A DNA stretch of 64,000 bases from IMG/VR virus record IMGVR_UViG_3300020195_000012; one strand, 5' to 3'. The DNA is from an uncultured virus (IMG/VR IMGVR_UViG_3300020195_000012). Taxonomy: Duplodnaviria > Heunggongvirae > Uroviricota > Caudoviricetes. Numbering within the stretch: position 1 is the stretch's first letter; each line of letters opens with the position of its first letter. Shown piece by piece: positions 27,840 through 37,099 of the stretch. The position numbers were made by a program, and so were the translations under genes. The notes beneath the pieces are model-generated. The model was not told where the DNA came from. It saw only the letters and a list, made by a program, of their open reading frames with translations, and searched no databases.

Positions 27840-28751
27840 TCAGCCAAAATAGTTGGCTACCCTTTCATCCTGTATGTAGGGAACTCCTCTGTAATCTGGT
27901 CCCGAAGAGTGATTGGCAATCATAACTTTGTTATACTTTTGTGCCATCAGCCAAAACAACATACCCTCAATCAAAGAATGAGAAATTTTATGTTGCGGAT
28001 ACATCCATAGTCCATTAGGTAATTTATCTGCGCCTGCACGTTCCCCTTCAAAAGCATCATCACAACACAACAACATCAATCTCTGAACACCCCACTTGTA
28101 CGCAATCGCAATCGCTGCGCAAATAGGATTTCGATAATCATCCACAACAAATGACGGTCTTCCAGCAAGCCTGGATGAAAAAAACTTGTCTTCAACCGGA
28201 GCATACTTGTACACTACACCTAACCTAGATCGATAATTACGAACAAAATAAGGATTAGTACGTGATGATACAATGCACTTAGGATAATATGGATGTTTTG
28301 GCAACATCGATGTACATTCTTCATATGGATTATTAGCCAAAAACCAATCCATACGACGCAATCGCTTCCACTTAGCCAAACTGTGATTTGTGCCAATCAC
28401 TACAACATCATTAGGAATCTTTGATAAAAATTCTTGCTTCTTATCAAAATCAAATCCATCCGAAATAATAACCACATTAGGCGCATATATTAATTCAGCC
28501 TCAATTCCAGCCAAATTCATTGCAGTTATTGCTAATTCATTATCATAAAACAAGTTGTAATCAGAACTCTTTACAAGTTTGTTGATATCTTGTGGAGAAG
28601 AGGATGGACGAGTGAAATCACGTACCCACATACCAGATCGTGTTAAAAAATAACGATTCTGGTTTCTGTGAAGTTTTATGATCGGCTTATCAGATTGAAT
28701 TACATCCATCATTGATTCGATTAACGTTTGCACGGGAGAATTTGAAAACAC
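27840..28751 (-). CDS. DUF115/Maf(MptE)-like protein
   Basis: VVIISDGFDF..VVIGTNHSL..DWFLANNP..NPICAAIAIAYKWGVQRLMLLCCD resembles the MAF_flag10 pattern. Confidence 0.5.
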   Translation of the reverse strand: MFSNSPVQTLIESMMDVIQSDKPIIKLHRNQNRYFLTRSGMWVRDFTRPSSSPQDINKLVKSSDYNLFYDNELAITAMNLAGIEAELIYAPNVVIISDGFDFDKKQEFLSKIPNDVVVIGTNHSLAKWKRLRRMDWFLANNPYEECTSMLPKHPYYPKCIVSSRTNPYFVRNYRSRLGVVYKYAPVEDKFFSSRLAGRPSFVVDDYRNPICAAIAIAYKWGVQRLMLLCCDDAFEGERAGADKLPNGLWMYPQHKISHSLIEGMLFWLMAQKYNKVMIANHSSGPDYRGVPYIQDERVANYFG

Positions 28752-31522
28752 ATAGGAGATTCTGCATCTTCGCCCAGAATCTTTTCAAAGCCCCAATTAA
28801 CTTTCAACTCTCCAGACAAAGGTGGTCCTTCAAATACTAGAGGAACTTTCAAGTTATCTGGCATTTCAACACGAATTACACTTGGAATTGTGTGAAGAAT
28901 TTCAATCGTATCAGGTATTCCAACCACCTTGATAGATTCAGGAATTCCTGATGTATCAAATGATATTACTGGCATCTTTTCTGGGAATGACAATGATATC
29001 GACTTTGGTATGGCTGAAGTATCAAGCTTCAACTCAATGAATTCCGGCATACTGAATGATATCACACTTATTACAGTGTTCAGATCAGGCATTACTATGC
29101 GTATTTCATTAGGAAGTGGAATTTCCGGACCAATAATACGAATGTCTTTGAACTCTGGCATAATAACATTTATCACACTCGGAATCGTATGACTTATCGT
29201 AATTGGTGGAATCTCAGGCGCAACTATCTTGATCTCCGATGGAAAGCCAACCATATCATACTGCAATTCCACACTGTCGAAACTCGGATCGGGCATCTCT
29301 TCCAACCCAAATGATGCCTGTTTCGCATTAAAGGCAACTGCACTTGGACAAGTAACCGAACACGAGCAATTTACTGTTGGTGGAGTTCCCCAATTAACAC
29401 TAATCGTTGGTGGAGTCGCAAACGAAATTGGTGCAAATGAAGGTGCGGGTCCGAAACTAATTGGTTCAAATGTTGGTGCAGGTCCAAATTCAATTGGTTC
29501 AAATGTCGGTGTAGGACCAAAATCAATAAGTTCAAATGATGGCGCAGGACCGAAATCAATCAATGCAAATGACGGTGCAGGACCAAATTCAATCAAACTT
29601 GGAATATCAACAGGACCAAACGAAATTGGCGCAAATGAAGGCGCTGGTCCAAAATCAATCAATGCAAATGACGGTGCAGGACCAAATTCAATTGGATCAA
29701 ACGTTGGCACAGGTCCGAAACTGATTACCGCGAATGACGGTGCTGGACCAAAACTAATTGCTGCAAATACTGGCGTCGGAGCAAAACTAATTGCTGCAAA
29801 TGTTGGAACAGGACCAAAACTAATTGCTGCAAATGACGGTGCTGGACCAAAACTAATTGTACTTGGTACACTTACTGGACCAAAATTAATTGTACTAGGG
29901 ACACTTATTGGACCGAAACTAATTGGGGCAAATGAAGGTGCTGGTCCAAAATCAATTAATGCAAATGATGGTGCTGGACCAAAATTAATCAAACTTGGAA
30001 TACTTACTGGACCGAAACTAATTAATGCAAATGATGGTGCTGGACCAAAATTAATCAAACTTGGAATACTTACTGGACCGAAACTAATTGGTGCAAATGA
30101 TGGCGCAGGTCCAAAATCAATCAAACTTGGAATACTTACTGGACCGAAACTAATTGGTGCAAATGATGGCGCAGGTCCAAAATTAATAAGTATTGGTATA
30201 CTCACTGGACCGAATATAATTGTATCAGGTATACTCACTGGACCGAATCCGATTGGTCCAAACGATGGAGCAGGACCGAATCCGATTGGTCCGAATGACG
30301 GAGCAGGACCGAAAGTAACCATACTAGGGACACTTACAGGTCCGAAATTAATTGTACTTGGGATGCTCAATGGTCCAAAAGTAACTATGCTTGGAAAACT
30401 CACTGGTCCGAACATAATAATGCTAGGAATACTCAATGGTCCAAAACTAATCAAACTAGGCAAGCTTATTGGACCAAATCCGATTGGACCAAATGACGGA
30501 ACATTTATAAACGTTATAAAACTTGGAATGTCAAGTAATGGCGTAAATAGAATTATTGACGGTATACTAATTGGTCCGAAATCAATAAAACTTGGAAAAC
30601 TAATACTTGGAAATGTTATGTCTATCAGAGACGGAATAATAGCCAATATTGGATTCAGGTCAATACAAGGGAAAACAATCGGTGGAATTACAATATCCGC
30701 AGACGGAATAATTGTCGGAGGAAACGTAAATGGCGGAATCGCTGGGAATCGCAATGTTGGCACAGTAAATGGAACTGTCTGGACATTCGATTGCGGTTGA
30801 TTTACTTCTTCTCTTGCTATTGGAGTCTGAATAATTTGACATTTTTGATTCGTAACCGTTACAACTGGATCAACCAATGCATTTGGTGCATAAGTGTGAG
30901 TTCCAGAAATCAACGTACTACTTTGCCCATCTCCAAACTGAACAAGAACTGATCCGAAATTGCCTTGCAAATTAACAAAGTATTGTGCAATAGTTCCTGT
31001 ACTTGGGTCAGACGACAGAACATTGAAATCAAATTCTACGTCAGGACAAGCAAAATCATCAAAAATCAAAGGCTCATCAAACAAATTTCTTATTCGCCAA
31101 TCAAGCGTTTCTTGAACGGTTGTGAAATTCTCACCAATAAATCCTTCAATTTTAAGAACCGCAGATACGATTTGATTATGATGCTCTGCAATTACAAAGC
31201 CACGAATCCATGTTCCAGCTTGATTTGATTGTGTGTCACGTCCTCCGATATTACGCAAACAACGTTTTAATTTGAATATCTTGCCATTTATATCTTTCTC
31301 TACAGCATCATAATACAAAAGTTCACCCTCAATAGTGGCGAACCCATTCTCTCCCCAAATCTCTGGCTCGTCAGCATCAACAGGCGCAATCAATATCTCT
31401 TCAGCAAATGCCGTATTATTAGCAGCAAGAACACTTTCTGTGGTGTTATACACCAAGTAAAGCGTTCTATCACCATCGATCCCAGTGGGATATTCGATAT
31501 TTGGCGGAAAACCTACGCTCAA
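28721..31522 (-). CDS. Tail-associated protein with PKD-like domain and long 11-aa repeat region
   Basis: N-terminal domain shared with the two neighbouring PKD genes, FGDG..HTY PKD motif, 32 FGP-type repeats. Confidence 0.8.
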   Translation of the reverse strand: MSVGFPPNIEYPTGIDGDRTLYLVYNTTESVLAANNTAFAEEILIAPVDADEPEIWGENGFATIEGELLYYDAVEKDINGKIFKLKRCLRNIGGRDTQSNQAGTWIRGFVIAEHHNQIVSAVLKIEGFIGENFTTVQETLDWRIRNLFDEPLIFDDFACPDVEFDFNVLSSDPSTGTIAQYFVNLQGNFGSVLVQFGDGQSSTLISGTHTYAPNALVDPVVTVTNQKCQIIQTPIAREEVNQPQSNVQTVPFTVPTLRFPAIPPFTFPPTIIPSADIVIPPIVFPCIDLNPILAIIPSLIDITFPSISFPSFIDFGPISIPSIILFTPLLDIPSFITFINVPSFGPIGFGPISLPSLISFGPLSIPSIIMFGPVSFPSIVTFGPLSIPSTINFGPVSVPSMVTFGPAPSFGPIGFGPAPSFGPIGFGPVSIPDTIIFGPVSIPILINFGPAPSFAPISFGPVSIPSLIDFGPAPSFAPISFGPVSIPSLINFGPAPSFALISFGPVSIPSLINFGPAPSFALIDFGPAPSFAPISFGPISVPSTINFGPVSVPSTISFGPAPSFAAISFGPVPTFAAISFAPTPVFAAISFGPAPSFAVISFGPVPTFDPIEFGPAPSFALIDFGPAPSFAPISFGPVDIPSLIEFGPAPSFALIDFGPAPSFELIDFGPTPTFEPIEFGPAPTFEPISFGPAPSFAPISFATPPTISVNWGTPPTVNCSCSVTCPSAVAFNAKQASFGLEEMPDPSFDSVELQYDMVGFPSEIKIVAPEIPPITISHTIPSVINVIMPEFKDIRIIGPEIPLPNEIRIVMPDLNTVISVISFSMPEFIELKLDTSAIPKSISLSFPEKMPVISFDTSGIPESIKVVGIPDTIEILHTIPSVIRVEMPDNLKVPLVFEGPPLSGELKVNWGFEKILGEDAESPMCFQILPCKR
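29423..30478 (-). repeat. 32 tandem 33-bp/11-aa coding repeats (FGPAPSFAxIS and FGPVSIPSxIN types)
   Basis: Counted directly in the translation. Confidence 0.92.
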
Positions 31523-31566
31523 AATGACTCCTTGTTATTCTGTTAGTATTTACACAAATACTGACT

Positions 31567-33690
31567 TTAATACAATCCCGCCGTAAATTGTTCTCCGCTC
31601 GGTCTAACGGGCAAAGAGGTAAACGTCAAATCTGTTTCGTTGAATTTTAACTGTGCCCTCGTGCTATAATCATAAAACAAATATGCCTTGCTGCTTCCAT
31701 CTGAAATTGCCACCAATCTATTTGCTGCACTATCGTAACCAGCAACAGTGGAATCCTGTAGTCTGGCAAATTCTATACTGTTAGACCCCGGACCTACCAA
31801 TGCCCACGTATTCGTCGCTGGACTGTATACTGTCGCTTCTCCCGTGTTGTTGAAGAAATACACGCCACGCGACAATGACACCATCTGACCCTCAAACTTT
31901 GTCGCACCTGGCATATCTGTCAACTTCCTAATTGTACCTATAGGAGCCGATTGAGTACCTTCTGTGCGATAAAAACTCTTCAAACGAAAGAATAACCCAG
32001 TACCATCGTTCCTGACAAAATATCCACTAGAATCTTGCCACGTTCCTCTATAAACACTAAAATCTCCACCACTGCCTGCCCCAACATTTGTCATCAACTC
32101 ATTTGCGCCATTCAAATAATTCAATGACGTGAAAACAATATCATCCAATCCATAAGTCGTCAAATCAACAGATTTAAAAGACTGATTGGTAGGCGACCCA
32201 ATAAAACTACCAGGACCAGGAGAACCAAGTAAGAAATACAAATTTGATGGTGATGACAAAGCCAGCCAATTCCATTGACGATCAACATTATCAGAACTGT
32301 TACTCAAAACAGGAACAGACCAAGTATTGTCAAACCCGTTAAATTCACGAAATCGAATTTTTTGCTGTGTTGATGGCGTTGTTGCGCCTTCTGCCCAATA
32401 CAAAAGCCCCGCCCCTTTATCTCCAGACGATACATAAGACCTCGGTGAAAACCCACAATTCTTCCTAAACTCAGCATATTGTTGAGGCTCTAATGGAACA
32501 CCTGTCAAAAATCCCGCATCTCTCGTTACCGTCAATGCTGAAGAAACACTTGCTGCTTTGTACGTTTCACTCAACAGACCAAATTCATAAGCATATAAAG
32601 TTTTGGTTGTTGCAGATAAACTCTGAGAAGAATCAAATATAAAATGCCATATATTAAACTTCTCAACTATATCAATCACATCCTCAAAAGTCGTAATACG
32701 ATATGATCCAAGTTGACTCTCAGCCTTGACCTTAACATCATAAATTCCACCAATGCTATACTGCGCATTGGTGTTTGCCGACTGTGCATGTTGCAAATCA
32801 TCCGTTATATCCCAAGTAAATGATGCAATTGAATCGCCTACCTGCGATCCATCATCAGAAATCAACATTTTAATCAATTGATTTGACCTAGATCGTAGGA
32901 CGCCACCAATTACTGCCTGTGATGTTGTTGGCAAGAAATCCAATACAGCCTCGTCAGGTGCCTCATAACGAACCGTTACCATGTCAGGAATAACAATCGT
33001 ATCTGTGCCAAAATCATTCTCTACCGTAAGAGTTACATCATAAATTCCTGGCGTATAATACGTCTTAGTCGTTTCTCCAGTCAAAATTGTCTCAGTACGA
33101 TTTATAATATCTGTACTGGCGTCACCAAAATCCCAAGACCACTTCGTAGGCTGTCTTGTACTAAAATCCTTGAACGTTACCGTTAATGGAGCAATACCAA
33201 TTTTCTTGGTTGCTGAGAACCATGCTTTGGGAGCGAGAACAAGGTTACGAAGAAAGTTTATTCTCGCTTCCATCGTGCCAACCAACGCATTTGGAGCCAC
33301 TACACCCTCAACACCAACAAATTCCTCAATAGCAATCAAGGCATCTTTCAATTGATTGTGATGTGCTGCCATCACATTCTGAGTAACGTGTGTAATTCTC
33401 TTAGGTTTTGCTACATCAGTAAAGCCAGGCAGCAACGTAAGCCCACTAAACGACCAATCTGTTCCTTTGGTTGTATACTCAAATGAAATTGCTCGTAAAC
33501 CTATATCACTACATTGCTCAGTTAATGTAATAATCCCAGTTGGCGGAAACCTATCAAAAACACTTGTGGCGTCCACGTAAATAACTGTGTCGCCTGGATT
33601 GTAGTCTTCTACCAATCTTGTTCTCAGTTCGTCATGAACCAAATACAGGTTTGCATCATTATCAAAATTTATCGGATATACACTTGGCAT
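31567..33690 (-). CDS. PKD-domain tail/baseplate-associated protein
   Basis: GIAPLTVTFKDFS..WSWDFGD..YYTPGIYDVTLTV; beta-rich C-terminus. Confidence 0.8.
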   Translation of the reverse strand: MPSVYPINFDNDANLYLVHDELRTRLVEDYNPGDTVIYVDATSVFDRFPPTGIITLTEQCSDIGLRAISFEYTTKGTDWSFSGLTLLPGFTDVAKPKRITHVTQNVMAAHHNQLKDALIAIEEFVGVEGVVAPNALVGTMEARINFLRNLVLAPKAWFSATKKIGIAPLTVTFKDFSTRQPTKWSWDFGDASTDIINRTETILTGETTKTYYTPGIYDVTLTVENDFGTDTIVIPDMVTVRYEAPDEAVLDFLPTTSQAVIGGVLRSRSNQLIKMLISDDGSQVGDSIASFTWDITDDLQHAQSANTNAQYSIGGIYDVKVKAESQLGSYRITTFEDVIDIVEKFNIWHFIFDSSQSLSATTKTLYAYEFGLLSETYKAASVSSALTVTRDAGFLTGVPLEPQQYAEFRKNCGFSPRSYVSSGDKGAGLLYWAEGATTPSTQQKIRFREFNGFDNTWSVPVLSNSSDNVDRQWNWLALSSPSNLYFLLGSPGPGSFIGSPTNQSFKSVDLTTYGLDDIVFTSLNYLNGANELMTNVGAGSGGDFSVYRGTWQDSSGYFVRNDGTGLFFRLKSFYRTEGTQSAPIGTIRKLTDMPGATKFEGQMVSLSRGVYFFNNTGEATVYSPATNTWALVGPGSNSIEFARLQDSTVAGYDSAANRLVAISDGSSKAYLFYDYSTRAQLKFNETDLTFTSLPVRPSGEQFTAGLY

Positions 33691-33694
33691 AATT

Positions 33695-34669
33695 TTAACT
33701 TACAACAATAGGTTCCGCTACGTACCGTCTTAATCTATCATCAGAAAATACAACTATCAAAGCAGTATTGTACGTACCCGGAGAACTGTACGTGTGAGTA
33801 GATGTATGAATATCTGGGTCTAATTGCTTGTCCGTCGCTCCATCATCAAAAATCCAGTAACGACTTATAACATCACCAGGAGTTTGGTCTACAAACACAA
33901 ATTGGGTCGACGTAGTTCCAACCACAGGCGATGTGTAATAAAACCCCTCAGCTAAATTATTAGCGACAGTAATATAATCTGTCTTGGTTGCAATACCTTG
34001 CGCACCCAAAGTCGTAATCATATTCAACTTCACAGTATAAATGCCTTCTTGCAAATACGTGTGAACAGGAGCCAACGATATGGAAGTCTCTCCATCACCA
34101 AAATCCCACAAATACCTAATCGGTTCGCCGCCAGAAAAGTTCTGAAACCTCACCATCAATGGCGGCGCACCACGAACCTGACTCGCCCTAAAAATTGGCT
34201 TCGGTGACAAAAATCTCGTCTCCAAACCTTTCAGAATCCCATTCAGGCTCGCTCCCGCTGGACCTGTCTCTAACCCGACATTGCTCTCAATCTTAATTAC
34301 TGCATCTTTGACCGCATTATGCACTTCTGCCGCTACTGGATTAGTGACTTTAGTTCCGATTGGCCATTGATTCTTCCGAGAACCAGCAAAAGACCTCTTG
34401 AGATTCTGAAATAACCCCTTGCCAGACACACTCTGAGTCTTTGTCCCATAATAAACTAACTCTTCGCCAACCCGAATAATCCCCTGTGGCGGGAACTTAG
34501 ACGTGTCCTCAACAACAATAAACAAAGCAGAATATGACAAACTTTGAGTCAGTATAGTTTCCGCATTATTGCGAACTTCATACAAATCAGACCTAGCATC
34601 CTTAGATACAGGATACTTCGAAAGACCACCAGTCTGATAACCAACGTCTAATGTAGATGCTCTTTCCAT
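33695..34669 (-). CDS. Tail-associated protein with two PKD domains
   Basis: YLWDFGDG..HTYLQEGIYTVKL and RYWIFDDG..HTYSSPGTY. Confidence 0.82.
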   Translation of the reverse strand: MERASTLDVGYQTGGLSKYPVSKDARSDLYEVRNNAETILTQSLSYSALFIVVEDTSKFPPQGIIRVGEELVYYGTKTQSVSGKGLFQNLKRSFAGSRKNQWPIGTKVTNPVAAEVHNAVKDAVIKIESNVGLETGPAGASLNGILKGLETRFLSPKPIFRASQVRGAPPLMVRFQNFSGGEPIRYLWDFGDGETSISLAPVHTYLQEGIYTVKLNMITTLGAQGIATKTDYITVANNLAEGFYYTSPVVGTTSTQFVFVDQTPGDVISRYWIFDDGATDKQLDPDIHTSTHTYSSPGTYNTALIVVFSDDRLRRYVAEPIVVS

Positions 34670-34673
34670 AGTA

Positions 34674-35252
34674 TTATTTACCCGACAACATCTTATCTAC
34701 GTTTCTCCCGATAAGAGAAACAATCTTTTTCTTGACCGGAGTCTCTGACGGAAGCGAAAGTACCGTCTTGACAATCTCAAAATCAATTGGCATATTCATC
34801 ATAATACGATAATTAACTTCTTCTAACATTTTTGCATTCCAATACTCAGTCTGAACCTCAATATCATCCCAATCCCTAAATGCTTCCACTTCATTCAATT
34901 GATTGAACGCCTCAACAAAAAATACCATCTCTTCTTCTGTATTCTTAACTTGCTCTTTTAATTTCTCAATCGATATCTCATTTTGAATAATTCTACGATT
35001 CAACATTCTTTTCTTGATTTCGTCATCAGCGTTTTCTAATTTCATCAATTCATTGCGATCCATCACGTCATCAATCTCCATAATAAGAGATTCAATAGTA
35101 GATTTCCTTGATTTCAACTCTTCTACACAACGCTTCATCTTGGCTTGATGAGTTGGCTCTTTACCAATAACAAAATAATTCAACTGGAAAATTGTGTGTC
35201 TGTTTGGAACATTAGACTTCAAAATGGAATCAACTTGTTCTTTTAGTGTCAT
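34674..35252 (-). CDS. Coiled-coil hypothetical protein (possible tail fibre chaperone)
   Basis: 192 aa, in the tail operon. Confidence 0.6.
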   Translation of the reverse strand: MTLKEQVDSILKSNVPNRHTIFQLNYFVIGKEPTHQAKMKRCVEELKSRKSTIESLIMEIDDVMDRNELMKLENADDEIKKRMLNRRIIQNEISIEKLKEQVKNTEEEMVFFVEAFNQLNEVEAFRDWDDIEVQTEYWNAKMLEEVNYRIMMNMPIDFEIVKTVLSLPSETPVKKKIVSLIGRNVDKMLSGK

Positions 35253-35776
35253 ATGAAACGCGCTCCTACGATGGATTTAAGAGAATAACCTTTATCAATT
35301 GCAGTCACAGCCCAATTCAATTTTGATTCAGATAAGTCCTCAAAATCTTCAAAATTGCCAATGTCCTCAAACGAATCCCTGTGAATCAAAATGCCATTAA
35401 TTGAAGCTTCATAAAATAAATACTTACGATCAACTGCTGGATAAATAATGTCTTTCTTGGACTTCAGAAAATAACGATATTTTTTCACCAGATTATACCT
35501 AACCCACGACCCACACATCACCAAAAGACACCAATCTTTTGATTCACATATTCCCTTACTCATCAACGACGTAATCGTATCCCCGCCCTTAATAACCCTG
35601 CCATAACGACTCATGTCAGAAATTTCTAACGCAGTAGAATTATTCGGCACAACACCAAAATAAGAAACTTTGGGGAAATCACCCTTGATTGAACTGGCTG
35701 TGTTCTTAAAACTGCCAATGTTACAATCAGAGCAAACTACAGCAATATTTAAATCTTTATCAGAAAGAGAATCCAT
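35249..35776 (-). CDS. Degenerate glycosyltransferase family 2-like protein
   Basis: GILIHRDSFEDIGNFED resembles GT2 LIRREVFEKIGGFDE; expected DxD position reads MCG. Confidence 0.5.
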   Translation of the reverse strand: MDSLSDKDLNIAVVCSDCNIGSFKNTASSIKGDFPKVSYFGVVPNNSTALEISDMSRYGRVIKGGDTITSLMSKGICESKDWCLLVMCGSWVRYNLVKKYRYFLKSKKDIIYPAVDRKYLFYEASINGILIHRDSFEDIGNFEDFEDLSESKLNWAVTAIDKGYSLKSIVGARFI

Positions 35777-35814
35777 GGATTCCTAAAAATGTTATTCTTG
35801 AGATAATACAGTGA

Positions 35815-36594
35815 TTACGTATACAAAACGTCAAAATCAATAACCACTCTTGCAGCCGATGCTATAGGAGCATTCAAAGAGAAATCACCACCAATCACAG
35901 TTCCGCTAATCGCTGATCCTTCACTAAACGACAAAGGAGTCCACGTTATAACACTCGGCATTCCAATCGGAACATAAGTCAAATTAAGATTATTCAACTT
36001 CACACCATTGACGTGAACACGAAGACTGTCCTCTTTATAAGGCGTACTCAACACAGTTGTTGTATAATTTTGATTGTCCGATGTCACAGGAATTATATTA
36101 TAATAATGGTTGTGACGTATTGATGTCGGAAAATCAATCTCCGCAATAATCTTACCACTAACATAATTCCAAGTTACCGTATCAGAAGCACCAAAAGTCA
36201 ACGTATCATCAATAAATGGAATTGTACCAGAAATTACATCAACATTGATTTGTAGCGCTGTTGCCCCTGGCGAAATGAAACTCAGCTTGATTCGCTCATC
36301 CAAAGTCATTCGGACGAAATTATTACTGTCCAAGTGATCCTCAATACTATGCAAAGCATTGTCAATCGCTTGAGTAATTATCGTTCCATCTGGATTAAGA
36401 GCTTGATTTAAACGATTAGCCAAACTTCCTGCCGTCCCAATTGACTCAGAAAGAATGGCTGTGTTATTATCTACTTGATTGTTTACTAAAAAGACACGTT
36501 CAACCAAACCATCAATTGGCAAATTGTCTACAATGTGATGGTACGGATCAAGAGGCTGATACCTCGGAACTGCTACTGTTTCTATTGCTGGCAT
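35815..36594 (-). CDS. Putative tail structural protein
   Basis: Beta-rich, TPYKEDSLRVHVNGVKL motif; CTATATA-N5-ATG upstream. Confidence 0.65.
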   Translation of the reverse strand: MPAIETVAVPRYQPLDPYHHIVDNLPIDGLVERVFLVNNQVDNNTAILSESIGTAGSLANRLNQALNPDGTIITQAIDNALHSIEDHLDSNNFVRMTLDERIKLSFISPGATALQINVDVISGTIPFIDDTLTFGASDTVTWNYVSGKIIAEIDFPTSIRHNHYYNIIPVTSDNQNYTTTVLSTPYKEDSLRVHVNGVKLNNLNLTYVPIGMPSVITWTPLSFSEGSAISGTVIGGDFSLNAPIASAARVVIDFDVLYT

Positions 36595-36622
36595 GTAATT
36601 ATATAGATAGCAAGACTCCTAT

Positions 36623-37099
36623 TTAGACGATGGAGACCCTCCAATTGAATGTCATTTGCATTGAAGAAGTTTTTGTAATATCTCCAAAGGTAGTCATGCT
36701 GAAATAATCGCCATTTCTCATCTTTAATGCCATCTCATTAATAATCGATCCAACAACATCATCAAATGTCAAAACCGAAGTAAATGTCACCTGAGTCGGG
36801 AAATCAGGATTGATGCTGGTAATTACACCCTTCGTGGTTAATGTAGGACCAAATAACCCTTCACGAGTGTCATCAACAAACCTGGGAGCGCCACCTACCG
36901 TTCCACCACTGCCGAATGTAATTCCCGTAATGAAATACTCAAATGATGAACCAAAATCATTCGCTAATGCTTTCGCAAAATTCTTGCGACCACTCAGCAA
37001 AATACGGTTCTTCATCTCTCGATATTCAACACGACCATCTTCCCAAGTGATTTCCAAATACACTACACCAGCCGGTACTAAATTTTCTTCCACGATCAC
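36623..37099 (-). CDS. Putative baseplate/tail-fibre attachment protein
   Basis: KNRILLSGR..ITFGSGG..INEMALK pattern; directly after the wedge gene; start uncertain. Confidence 0.6.
   Translation of the reverse strand: MIVEENLVPAGVVYLEITWEDGRVEYREMKNRILLSGRKNFAKALANDFGSSFEYFITGITFGSGGTVGGAPRFVDDTREGLFGPTLTTKGVITSINPDFPTQVTFTSVLTFDDVVGSIINEMALKMRNGDYFSMTTFGDITKTSSMQMTFNWRVSIV

Noticed and set aside
29423..30478. 33-bp periodic repeats as a CRISPR array
   Set aside because: No unique spacers, variation is at codon third positions, the repeats are in frame within a CDS, and no cas genes are present.
29229..30800. 523-aa + strand ORF with GPKLIxANDGA repeats
   Set aside because: Antisense shadow of the repeat region in the - strand tail gene, which fits the operon and has homologous N-terminal domains.
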